IMG/VR virus record: IMGVR_UViG_3300040856_003054
Coordinates: 32,001-96,000 of that record
Source: a virus
Length of the DNA: 64,000 nt
Reading direction: 5' to 3' (one strand)
Part shown: piece by piece, positions 56,451-63,817 of the stretch
How positions within the stretch are numbered: position 1 is the first letter of the stretch
Layout: each line of letters starts with the position of its first letter
The notes under the pieces: generated by a model
Seen by the model: only the letters and a program-made list of their open reading frames with translations
Database searches by the model: none
Told to the model about the DNA's origin: nothing
Made by a program: the position numbers and the translations under genes

Positions 56451-57227
56451 ATGATGAACTATCTAAAAGTTTATTGTAACCTCATCAGGAAAGCAGAGAA
56501 TAGAACTCCACCTGAAGGTTATACGGAAAAACATCATATATTTCCAAAGAGCATTTATGGAAATAACAATAGAGTTGTAATTTTCACTGCAAGAGAGCAC
56601 TATATTGCTCACGCATTATTGGAAAAAGTTTGTATCCAAAGGTATGGATTGAAAGATAAAAGAACTATAAAAATGATTTATGCCCATAGTGGAATGAAAG
56701 GTAATAATGGTTATATCAATTCCACTTTATATGAAGGTGCAAGAAAAAGAAGAAGTGATAATATGAAAGGAAAACCTTTGTATATTCCAACTGAAAAGCA
56801 TAAAGAAGAAATCAGACAAAGAAGATTGGGAACCAAAGCATCCGAAGAAACAAAAAGAAAAATGAGCGAATCGCATAGAGGTAAAAAATGTCCTCCAAGA
56901 AGTGAAGAATGGAAAAAAAGGGTGGGTGAGAGAATGAAAAAATATGTTGGAGAAAAAAATCCTTTTTATGGAAAAAAACATACAGAAGAAACTAAAAGAA
57001 AGATAAGTGATTCGAAAAAAGGTAAAAAGTATGATAAGAAAATAATAAAAAAATCAAAATACTTATGCAAAGTTAAAAATTCCAAAGGAGAAGTATTTTC
57101 TACCACAAATTTAAAAAATTTTTGTAGAGAAAATAATCTAAACCCCAGTTGCATGTATAGAATAATATCTGGCAAACAAATTCAACATAAAGGATGGGAA
57201 ATTGTTGAAAGAATTAAAATAGAATGA
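56451..57227 (+). CDS. Free-standing HNH homing endonuclease with NUMOD3 repeats
   Basis: YTEKHHIFPKS...TAREHYIAHALL; NPFYGKKHTEETKRKIS. Confidence 0.85.
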   Translation: MMNYLKVYCNLIRKAENRTPPEGYTEKHHIFPKSIYGNNNRVVIFTAREHYIAHALLEKVCIQRYGLKDKRTIKMIYAHSGMKGNNGYINSTLYEGARKRRSDNMKGKPLYIPTEKHKEEIRQRRLGTKASEETKRKMSESHRGKKCPPRSEEWKKRVGERMKKYVGEKNPFYGKKHTEETKRKISDSKKGKKYDKKIIKKSKYLCKVKNSKGEVFSTTNLKNFCRENNLNPSCMYRIISGKQIQHKGWEIVERIKIE

Positions 57228-57493
57228 AAAAGAAAAAAGGATTTCTTTATTATGTTTACTGTGCTTTGGGTGAAAAATCTCATCCACATTGCAACAAAAC
57301 AGCAGATAGAGTTGCTCTTATTCGTTTATTGATTACTCTACAAATTTTAATCACTAATGGTTTTATTGTTGCTAATGCCATCCGACATTGGAATGATAAA
57401 ACAACCATCCAAGTTGTGATTGATTCTTCAACTCTTCCAGAATATCAAACACCAGAAGCAATAAAAACTAATAAATCCTTTGAGTTCGAATAA
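57224..57493 (+). CDS. Conserved cyanophage membrane protein
   Basis: ALGEKS......AD.VA.IR......TN.FIVA..IRHW. Confidence 0.7.
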   Translation: MKKKKGFLYYVYCALGEKSHPHCNKTADRVALIRLLITLQILITNGFIVANAIRHWNDKTTIQVVIDSSTLPEYQTPEAIKTNKSFEFE

Positions 57494-57512
57494 ATAATCA
57501 AAAACAAGAAAG

Positions 57513-57929
57513 ATGCTGACATTTAGAGAGTTCTACGAAATCTGTGAAGGTAAGAAACCTGATACTCCTCCACACGCAGTTCCTGGGACTGTGAATAGAG
57601 ATTCTAGTGGCACTCTAACATATACTCTTCAGCGTTATGATGGACCAAAGGTTAAACCATCAAAGAAAGAAATTGAGAACCAAGTATTAGACCAGAGTGG
57701 TAGAAACAAAGTAGAAAAACATGCCAAGAGAGTGGCAAAGTCAATTAAAAAAATTGAAGAAGATATTGAAACAAGACGTAGAGAGTTGAGACAGAGACAA
57801 AAAGATCAAATGTCAGCACAAAGAGAACGTGTTGCAGGTTATCATGCAGCACAACAAGAGAAAAAAGAAAAGGAATCAGAAAGAGAAGAACTTAAAAAAG
57901 AAATCAAGAGAGAACTCAAGGACAGTTGA
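57513..57929 (+). CDS. Putative capsid internal protein with capsid-targeting N-terminus
   Basis: MLTFREFYEICE resembles the T4 CTS (MKTYQEFIAE); TAAATA at 57491. Confidence 0.6.
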   Translation: MLTFREFYEICEGKKPDTPPHAVPGTVNRDSSGTLTYTLQRYDGPKVKPSKKEIENQVLDQSGRNKVEKHAKRVAKSIKKIEEDIETRRRELRQRQKDQMSAQRERVAGYHAAQQEKKEKESEREELKKEIKRELKDS

Positions 57930-57976
57930 GGAACCGTCCACCATTCTCACACAAGCACCTTAATCTCCTGTATATT
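57920..57976 (+). promoter_or_regulatory. Palindrome-type early promoter
   Basis: GGACAGTT-GAGG-AACCGTCCA, TATATT at 57971. Confidence 0.65.
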
Positions 57977-58136
57977 ACATTTGTTCAGTTGAGGAACACC
58001 AAATGAATCACTTTGATGATATTCAGGTTGAAGAACTTGAAAACTTTGACTTTTGTTTTGATGGTCTCTTCGATGAAGAAGAGAAAGATGCACAATCTTT
58101 CAACTCTTACCTGAACTCTAACATTGATTATTGATT

Positions 58137-58343
58137 ATGACTGACACTGTTAATGTTCTTCCTCACATCCGAGAACTGAAAGATACTTGGCGTCGTCAAG
58201 ATTTCAGTTTCACTAAATCGCAGAAAGAAGAATACGATCTCTTGATTGCTGCTCGTCGTGAAAGGGTAAAACAACATTATAAAGAAGGAAAAGTTTGCAC
58301 AATCAGCAAATCTGCAATGGACAAACTTAAAGAAGATAACTAA
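58137..58343 (+). CDS. Conserved cyanophage hypothetical protein
   Basis: EL...WR.QDF..T..Q...YD.L..ARRERV. Confidence 0.7.
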   Translation: MTDTVNVLPHIRELKDTWRRQDFSFTKSQKEEYDLLIAARRERVKQHYKEGKVCTISKSAMDKLKEDN

Positions 58344-58351
58344 ATAATGAT

Positions 58352-58409
58352 GCCTGAAGTTGACTGACATCTCTACAGGCAGAGGAGGAGCAGAAATGCT
58401 CCTTTTCTT
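58352..58409 (+). ncRNA. Putative endonuclease-associated antisense sRNA, copy 8
   Basis: TAAATA at 58341; stem TGCCTG/CAGGCA; loop AAGTTGACTGAC complementary (12/12) to leader GTCAGTCAACTT; terminator AGGAGCA-GAAA-TGCTCCT-TTT; TATAAATA at 58411. Confidence 0.7.
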
Positions 58410-58447
58410 GTATAAATACTTAAGTCAGTCAACTTAAGAGCAGAACT

Positions 58448-59140
58448 ATGGTCAAAAATCCATATAGATTTTATACCTATGCCTATTTGCGTGAGGATAG
58501 AACTCCTTATTACATAGGTAAGGGTAGTGGAAGAAGAATATATGATAAAAATGGAAGACCTTGTGGTAAACCGAAAGATAAATCCAGAATTATTTTCTTA
58601 AAGCAAAATCTAACCGAAGAAGAAGCATTCAAACACGAAATCTATATGATTTCTGTGTTTGGTAGAAAAGATTTGGGGACAGGTATTCTTCATAATAAAA
58701 CCGATGGAGGTGATGGAGTTTCTGGGGTAATAGTTAGTGAAGAAACAAGAGAAAAATTAAGAAAATCATCTACAAAATATAATAATGAAGGTCAAAGAAA
58801 ATTGGCAAACAAAAAAACTCATAAAAATTATTATCTAAAGAATAAAGAAAAAATATCACGATACTATAAAGAAAAATATAAGAAAATGAGTTCTGATTTG
58901 GAATGGATGGAGAATCAAAGATTAAAACAAAGAATACCTAAAGAAAATCAAAAAACAAATAGATTGTGGAAAACTTGGAAAATAACTTTCAGTGATGGTA
59001 GAATATTGGAAATGACTGGATTATATAATTGGTGTAAAAATAATGGATATAGTGATGGGTTAGTTTATCAGGTAGCAAAAGGCACCAGAAATAAACATAA
59101 AGATATTGTGTCAGTAGAACAACTGACCACTTACTCTTGA
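58448..59140 (+). CDS. Free-standing GIY-YIG homing endonuclease
   Basis: FYTYAYLREDRTPYYIGKG; C-terminus like those of 41591 and 28991. Confidence 0.85.
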   Translation: MVKNPYRFYTYAYLREDRTPYYIGKGSGRRIYDKNGRPCGKPKDKSRIIFLKQNLTEEEAFKHEIYMISVFGRKDLGTGILHNKTDGGDGVSGVIVSEETREKLRKSSTKYNNEGQRKLANKKTHKNYYLKNKEKISRYYKEKYKKMSSDLEWMENQRLKQRIPKENQKTNRLWKTWKITFSDGRILEMTGLYNWCKNNGYSDGLVYQVAKGTRNKHKDIVSVEQLTTYS

Positions 59141-59165
59141 TTTTATTCCCAATACCCGATATACT
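59108..59165 (+). promoter_or_regulatory. Palindrome-type early promoter overlapping the endonuclease 3' end
   Basis: GTGTCAGTA-GAAC-AACTGACCA, TATACT at 59160. Confidence 0.65.
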
Positions 59166-59186
59166 GAAAATGTCAGATACATAAAA

Positions 59187-60086
59187 ATGACTAAAAATCT
59201 TCACCTTGAACATCCTTGTGATAGCATCCTGACAGGAGATTTAAGTGTCTTGGATTGGTTTCATGAACCCAACTCCACTATCAGCACTAAGATGGATGGA
59301 AGTCCAGCATTAGTTTATGGAACTAATCCTGCAAATGGAAAGTGGTTCTGTGGAACAAAAAGTGTATTCAACAAAATAAAGATTAAAATAGCACACTCTC
59401 ATGAAGAAATTGATCAGTTTTACACTGGGAAGGTAGCAGAAATCCTACATCTTTGTTTTGACTATCTTCCTCGTACAAAATCAATTATTCAATGTGACTG
59501 GATCGGTGTAGGAGGTTCTCAAGAATACAAACCAAATACTATTACTTATCGTTTTCCGCAGGTAGTTAAAGAGAAAATCATTGTCGCACCTCACACAACT
59601 TATGGTGGCGGTGATGATCTCCGTGATGTATTTGCTGCTCCTCTGTGCAGCAAACTAATCAGCACAAAACACTGCAAATTCGTGCAACCTCAAGTGGAAC
59701 TGAATCCTTATCGTGAAGATTTGGAGGATGTGTGTAAGTTTGCCAAGCAAATGAGCACTCTATGTGAGTTTGTGACTGCTCGCAAAGCATTAGAAATCAA
59801 AAAGGAAATAAACAACTGCATTAGGGAGCAACGGGTCGTCAATGAAGATGAAATTGCAGAAAAATGTGATTGTGATAGAAATTTGATTAGGTTGTGGAAG
59901 TTAGTGTATTCAATCAAGACAGACATGTTCATGTTCATTCACGAAATGGATCAGATTGAATGTTCTATCAACGGTGAAGATAGTTTCCATGAGGGTTATT
60001 GTATCTCAAACAAATACGGTATGTATAAAGTCGTAGATAGAGAAGTTTTCTCATACAATAATTTCGTGACACCTAAAACTTGGTAG
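59187..60086 (+). CDS. Conserved cyanophage protein with ligase/nucleotidyltransferase-like motifs (DUF6267-like)
   Basis: KNLHLEHP.D, TKMDGSPA (KxDG), GTKSVFNK, EGY and KVVDR..FS..NF. Confidence 0.7.
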   Translation: MTKNLHLEHPCDSILTGDLSVLDWFHEPNSTISTKMDGSPALVYGTNPANGKWFCGTKSVFNKIKIKIAHSHEEIDQFYTGKVAEILHLCFDYLPRTKSIIQCDWIGVGGSQEYKPNTITYRFPQVVKEKIIVAPHTTYGGGDDLRDVFAAPLCSKLISTKHCKFVQPQVELNPYREDLEDVCKFAKQMSTLCEFVTARKALEIKKEINNCIREQRVVNEDEIAEKCDCDRNLIRLWKLVYSIKTDMFMFIHEMDQIECSINGEDSFHEGYCISNKYGMYKVVDREVFSYNNFVTPKTW

Positions 60087-60094
60087 GTGTCTTT

Positions 60095-60121
60095 AGACCA
60101 CCTTCGGGTGGTCTTTTTTTT
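60095..60121 (+). terminator. Intrinsic terminator with cUUCGg loop
   Basis: AGACCACC-TTCG-GGTGGTCT plus T-tract, abutting TATAAATA at 60121. Confidence 0.9.
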
Positions 60122-60149
60122 ATAAATATCTAAAAAAGTATTGGGTAAA

Positions 60150-60953
60150 ATGGCATCAAATAAGACATTTGCGGAGTTCATGGAGATTTGTGAGAAGTTT
60201 TCGATGGCAGCAGACACATCGAAACCACAATCAGCAAAACCAACTAAACTTCCAAAAAGTCGTGAAAGAAATGTAGGAACGCACGATGATTGGAAAGATA
60301 AAGTACCAACTGAATGGAATGATACGACAACTGAACAAAAAAAGAAAAATAAATTAAGATCAAGAGCAAGTGCAGTTGTTGGTACACAGCAAAGACAAGA
60401 TGTTGAAACTGGTGTAAGAAAAGAGGAAGCACAGTTAGATGAACTTCGTATCACAAGAATGTCGCCAGAGAAGCAAGAAGTAAAGAGACGTGCTAAAAAC
60501 ATCAAAGACATTAGAACAAAGAGAGAAACACTTGCTGCATTGATGAGACATGCAGAACTTCAAAAGAAAGGATTGGCAGATGAAGTTGAGTATGATGGTG
60601 AGAATGTTGATGAAGTATTGATGGTAACTCCTGCAAGAAAGAAACCAACCAAGAAAGTTGTAAAGAGTGTTGTCAAGATAGAAAAACCAGATCCAAGTGA
60701 TCCTGATTATGTAAGAAAGCAGAGAGCATATGTCAAATCAAAGCAGCAAGAGGAAATGGTTGACTATGAAAGATTAAGAAGTGGTGCAGAAGCAGCAACT
60801 GATAGAGCAGCAGCAGTAAAGAAAGCAAAACAACAAAGACAACAAAGTGATGCAGAAGCAGCAAGAAGTGCATTTAGAACAAAAGGTGTTCCATTTAGTG
60901 ATGCAAAAGGTTCTGGTCACATTGTAAATGGTAAGAAAGTATATGCCAGTTGA
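60150..60953 (+). CDS. Putative capsid internal (poly)protein with capsid-targeting N-terminus
   Basis: KTFAEFMEICE; internal LDE/VDE sites; highly charged; late promoter. Confidence 0.6.
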   Translation: MASNKTFAEFMEICEKFSMAADTSKPQSAKPTKLPKSRERNVGTHDDWKDKVPTEWNDTTTEQKKKNKLRSRASAVVGTQQRQDVETGVRKEEAQLDELRITRMSPEKQEVKRRAKNIKDIRTKRETLAALMRHAELQKKGLADEVEYDGENVDEVLMVTPARKKPTKKVVKSVVKIEKPDPSDPDYVRKQRAYVKSKQQEEMVDYERLRSGAEAATDRAAAVKKAKQQRQQSDAEAARSAFRTKGVPFSDAKGSGHIVNGKKVYAS

Positions 60954-61021
60954 GATTCTGTCACATCATCTTGTTTTTTGAGTCAAAATCTGTTATTCTA
61001 ATCAAGTAGCAAAACTTTTTC

Positions 61022-61183
61022 ATGAATCCTTCCGAAATCCGTAAAGTAGCACGACTTCTTGAATATGAAGATGATTGTCGTGCAGCACGTCAGGAGTTTA
61101 TGGAACATGGTGTAAGATTTTATGATAAATTTGGAACTGGTCACATTGTTGATGGTGTGAAGAAATATACTGAGAAGTATTGA
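61022..61183 (+). CDS. Small early protein homologous to the C-terminus of 60150 (53 aa, not in the ORF track)
   Basis: AARQEFMEHGVRFYDKFGTGHIVDGVKKY; follows the palindrome promoter at 60944-60999. Confidence 0.65.
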   Translation: MNPSEIRKVARLLEYEDDCRAARQEFMEHGVRFYDKFGTGHIVDGVKKYTEKY

Positions 61184-61185
61184 GT

Positions 61186-61242
61186 GTGACAATCCGAAAG
61201 GTGTCACCCAAAATGAGCACAGCATCCTAAATCGTGTATTGT
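61186..61242 (+). promoter_or_regulatory. Palindrome-type early promoter
   Basis: GTGACAATC-CGAA-AGGTGTCAC, TATTGT. Confidence 0.6.
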
Positions 61243-61267
61243 ATCTGTATTGAAGCAAATCACTCCC

Positions 61268-61504
61268 ATGCCTTCCTTCATTCAACACACAACCAATCCA
61301 ACCTTTGTTGAAGTTGGTGTAGAGTTCTTTCTTCCCACTGATTCTACTTCCTGGATTCCGAATGGTTTTGACATGGTAGAGTTTTGTGTGGATGCAGATG
61401 AACTCGAAGATGATCGTTATGCTACACTTGAAGAGGTTGCAGAACAATTCTGCAAGAAAATCGGTGTAGTGTTTTCTCAAGTAATCGAATCGGATTTGTG
61501 GTGA
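61268..61504 (+). CDS. Hypothetical acidic protein
   Basis: First ATG after the promoter. Confidence 0.6.
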   Translation: MPSFIQHTTNPTFVEVGVEFFLPTDSTSWIPNGFDMVEFCVDADELEDDRYATLEEVAEQFCKKIGVVFSQVIESDLW

Positions 61505-61586
61505 TTATGGCAACTTGTGGAATCTTAGTGCTCCTTGCATACTCTCTGGGTGCATTGCAAATTATAGTTTTGCATCGACTGCTCAG

Positions 61587-61644
61587 GGACAATCCCTGAA
61601 GTGTCCACCAGACGCACCAGAATCGTCTCTAGTGCGTCTATAAT
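61587..61644 (+). promoter_or_regulatory. Palindrome-type early promoter
   Basis: GGACAATC-CCTG-AAGTGTCCA, hairpin AGACGCAC/GTGCGTCT, TATAAT at 61639. Confidence 0.7.
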
Positions 61645-61672
61645 GACTTTGTTGAATCAAACCACGCAACTC

Positions 61673-61894
61673 ATGGTTTTCCACTATACGACCAACTGGA
61701 AAGAGAATAAGGTGTGCCAGATGTTCATTCAGGAGGTTACACCAGAGTTTCAAGAAGGTGACAACAAATACGTTGCTATTGCTCTCAATCCCGAAACAAA
61801 CAAGAGCATGGTGATGTCGAAACCCCGCAGTCATTATGATACACTGCAATGGGTTCGTAAGTGGTGTGGTTCCTTTTGTATTCTTCCTGCCTGA
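61673..61894 (+). CDS. Hypothetical protein
   Basis: First plausible ATG after the promoter. Confidence 0.6.
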   Translation: MVFHYTTNWKENKVCQMFIQEVTPEFQEGDNKYVAIALNPETNKSMVMSKPRSHYDTLQWVRKWCGSFCILPA

Positions 61895-61925
61895 TTCTTT
61901 TCACTCAACTCACCATCATTTACTT

Positions 61926-62075
61926 ATGACTACCAAAACTTGGGTTGTTAAACTTGAGATTGCGATTGATGAGAATAGTCATCCTCGCAAGTTTATCCCT
62001 GATGCTATTGCTGAATGTCTGAATCTTGAAGAAGGTGAAGACATTATTGATTACAACTTTGTGTGTCTTGATTGA
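61926..62075 (+). CDS. Small hypothetical protein
   Basis: HPRKFIPDAI..CL...EGE.I..Y.F. Confidence 0.55.
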   Translation: MTTKTWVVKLEIAIDENSHPRKFIPDAIAECLNLEEGEDIIDYNFVCLD

Positions 62076-62236
62076 TGAAAAACTATCGAGTTCGTGTTGA
62101 AACTAACGATGGATGTGTCACTATCTGGCATGAGAAATCGAAAGCAAAAAGCGCAGACAAATTGATTCTCAATCGTGTCTACAATCAACTCTGTGGACTA
62201 AACATTAAAGAAATCTCTGTTAATCCTTCTGTTTGA
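62075..62236 (+). CDS. Small hypothetical protein (53 aa, not in the ORF track)
   Basis: TGATG overlap; MKNYRVRVETNDGC. Confidence 0.55.
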   Translation: MKNYRVRVETNDGCVTIWHEKSKAKSADKLILNRVYNQLCGLNIKEISVNPSV

Positions 62237-62239
62237 ATC

Positions 62240-62716
62240 ATGGCAACTTGGAGAGCAAAGTGTTGGTTAGGTTCTTCTTCTGGTTATCAAGAACTGGAAG
62301 TGCAATCTAACACAACCTACGGAGCAAAAGAGCAGTTTAAGAGAATCTATGGTGCAGAGCAAATCATCAACCTTCGGGAAGTTCGTGGAGAATCTACATC
62401 AGGTTCTGGAATTGGTGATGTTGGAGGAACTGTGGGTTTGATTGGTTTGGTTGCACTTTGTTGGGCATTTGTATCATTTACACCGTGGATTCTCATGGGT
62501 TTGGGTGGTGCTTTTGGAACTTGGGTTGGTGAACAAGTAACAGGACAAAGCATCGAAGAGTATAATGAACGTGATGATGGTTTGGGTAACAAACGAGCAT
62601 CAGTTGTTGTTGCGCTTGCTCTCATTCTAGGTGGAATTGGTTTTGTGAAAGGTGATGAAATCAAAAAAGGTTTTGATGCTGATAGTGTTCCTGCTGAGGT
62701 GAAGAAAACTAAATGA
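62240..62716 (+). CDS. Membrane protein
   Basis: Soluble N-terminal domain plus 2-3 hydrophobic segments. Confidence 0.75.
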   Translation: MATWRAKCWLGSSSGYQELEVQSNTTYGAKEQFKRIYGAEQIINLREVRGESTSGSGIGDVGGTVGLIGLVALCWAFVSFTPWILMGLGGAFGTWVGEQVTGQSIEEYNERDDGLGNKRASVVVALALILGGIGFVKGDEIKKGFDADSVPAEVKKTK

Positions 62717-62922
62717 TTATCACACCAGATAAACTAAAACTAATCAATGCACTTTCTGCAGAGTATGAGTATCTGTGCCATGATGACTTTGACCCAGATG
62801 TTGATACAACACCTGAAGAATACAATAAGATGCTGAGAAAAATGTCCTATGAAGAATTGATCGAAGAGGCAAGTATTGGTGAAGAATATACCCTTGAAGA
62901 TTACCTAGGAACTTGGTTATGA
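62713..62922 (+). CDS. Conserved cyanophage hypothetical protein
   Basis: LI.AL..EYEYLCHDDFDPD.D.T.EEY. Confidence 0.7.
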   Translation: MIITPDKLKLINALSAEYEYLCHDDFDPDVDTTPEEYNKMLRKMSYEELIEEASIGEEYTLEDYLGTWL

Positions 62923-63119
62923 ACTACACTGACATCACAACACTTGAGAATTGCCCCGAGTGTGGTGCTAACTGGGTTGATAAACGCATCCCTGAAGAAC
63001 TCTGGGATCGCTATTCTCCTCCCTATTTCTATAGTCGTGTGATAGGAGTTGAGTTGCTCCATGAAGATCGAATCAATCATTGGTTGTGCCCTGATTGTAA
63101 CCACAAGTTTCCCCGATGA
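62919..63119 (+). CDS. Zinc-ribbon protein
   Basis: CPECG...W.CPDC. Confidence 0.7.
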   Translation: MNYTDITTLENCPECGANWVDKRIPEELWDRYSPPYFYSRVIGVELLHEDRINHWLCPDCNHKFPR

Positions 63120-63370
63120 TTTACTCTAACCTCTCAAAGATTCGTCCTAAACTAAGGACAACTGGACGTGTTTCAGGCAATTTCGGAAAATTGAAAGTTG
63201 TCGCTGGTTCATCACTCAATGAGATCGGTGGTGATGGTAACATAGGTGCCACACAAGATGAGTACCTGAATCGTCTTTATTATGCTTTTGATAACACCAC
63301 AGACACTAAACTTCAGCAGTTTCTCTATCAAGAAATCAAAAAGATTCACGTTCAAAGAGGAACCTGGTGA
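63116..63370 (+). CDS. Conserved hypothetical protein
   Basis: SKIRPKLRT.G..SGNFG. Confidence 0.65.
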   Translation: MIYSNLSKIRPKLRTTGRVSGNFGKLKVVAGSSLNEIGGDGNIGATQDEYLNRLYYAFDNTTDTKLQQFLYQEIKKIHVQRGTW

Positions 63371-63423
63371 CAGTTGTAGAAGTGTCACAATAAATGAGCA
63401 CAGAGACCAAAATCATGTATTAT
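63367..63423 (+). promoter_or_regulatory. Palindrome-type early promoter
   Basis: GTGACAGTT-GTAG-AAGTGTCAC, TATTAT at 63418. Confidence 0.7.
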
Positions 63424-63448
63424 TAAAGAGTCAAAGCAATTCAAGCAC

Positions 63449-63802
63449 ATGACTACTGCTTTCGCTGACTTCGTTGCACAGCAAGATGCAAAGAACACAA
63501 TCCAACTTAACATTGTTAAGTATTGTCTGATGCTGTGTGATGCTCTTGGACATGATGCTCCTGATGGGTATCACTACTCTCTAGATTCTTCTGGTCGCAA
63601 GTATCACAAAGTATTCATGCACATTGGTGATCGTAGGGATTCTATTCATGCTTTTATTGATAAGCAAACTGGTTCTGTGTATAAACCAGCAAGTGTAAAA
63701 GCGCCTGCAAAAGGTCAGCGTTACAATGTGCTGAGTATTGAATCTCGTGAGCAAATGTTTGAGCGTTGCGATTGGTCAGGATCTTATCTTTACGCACGTT
63801 GA
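63449..63802 (+). CDS. Conserved T4-like phage protein
   Basis: GRKYHK....S.HAFIDK.TG.VYKPAS.KAPAKG.RYN...DW.G.YLY. Confidence 0.8.
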   Translation: MTTAFADFVAQQDAKNTIQLNIVKYCLMLCDALGHDAPDGYHYSLDSSGRKYHKVFMHIGDRRDSIHAFIDKQTGSVYKPASVKAPAKGQRYNVLSIESREQMFERCDWSGSYLYAR

Positions 63803-63817
63803 TACAAACTAAAGGGT

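Noticed and set aside
59121-59128. AACTGACC shared between the sRNA copy 1/4 loop and a palindrome half-site, suggesting guide targeting
   Set aside because: Only 8 nt, and the other loops do not match the palindrome; consistent with chance.
19855-59140. Endonucleases as group I intron-encoded ORFs
   Set aside because: They lie between complete genes, and the flanks are too short (~100 nt 5', ~0 nt 3') to hold an intron core.
222-63104. Minus-strand and alternative-frame ORFs in the ORF track (e.g. 6321-6584, 24201-24650, 33388-33933, 59996-60511, 21191-21388, 31206-31391)
   Set aside because: They are shadows of + strand genes or run through regulatory elements, with no RBS or motif support. 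Only 15433-15813 has a homologue and a promoter.
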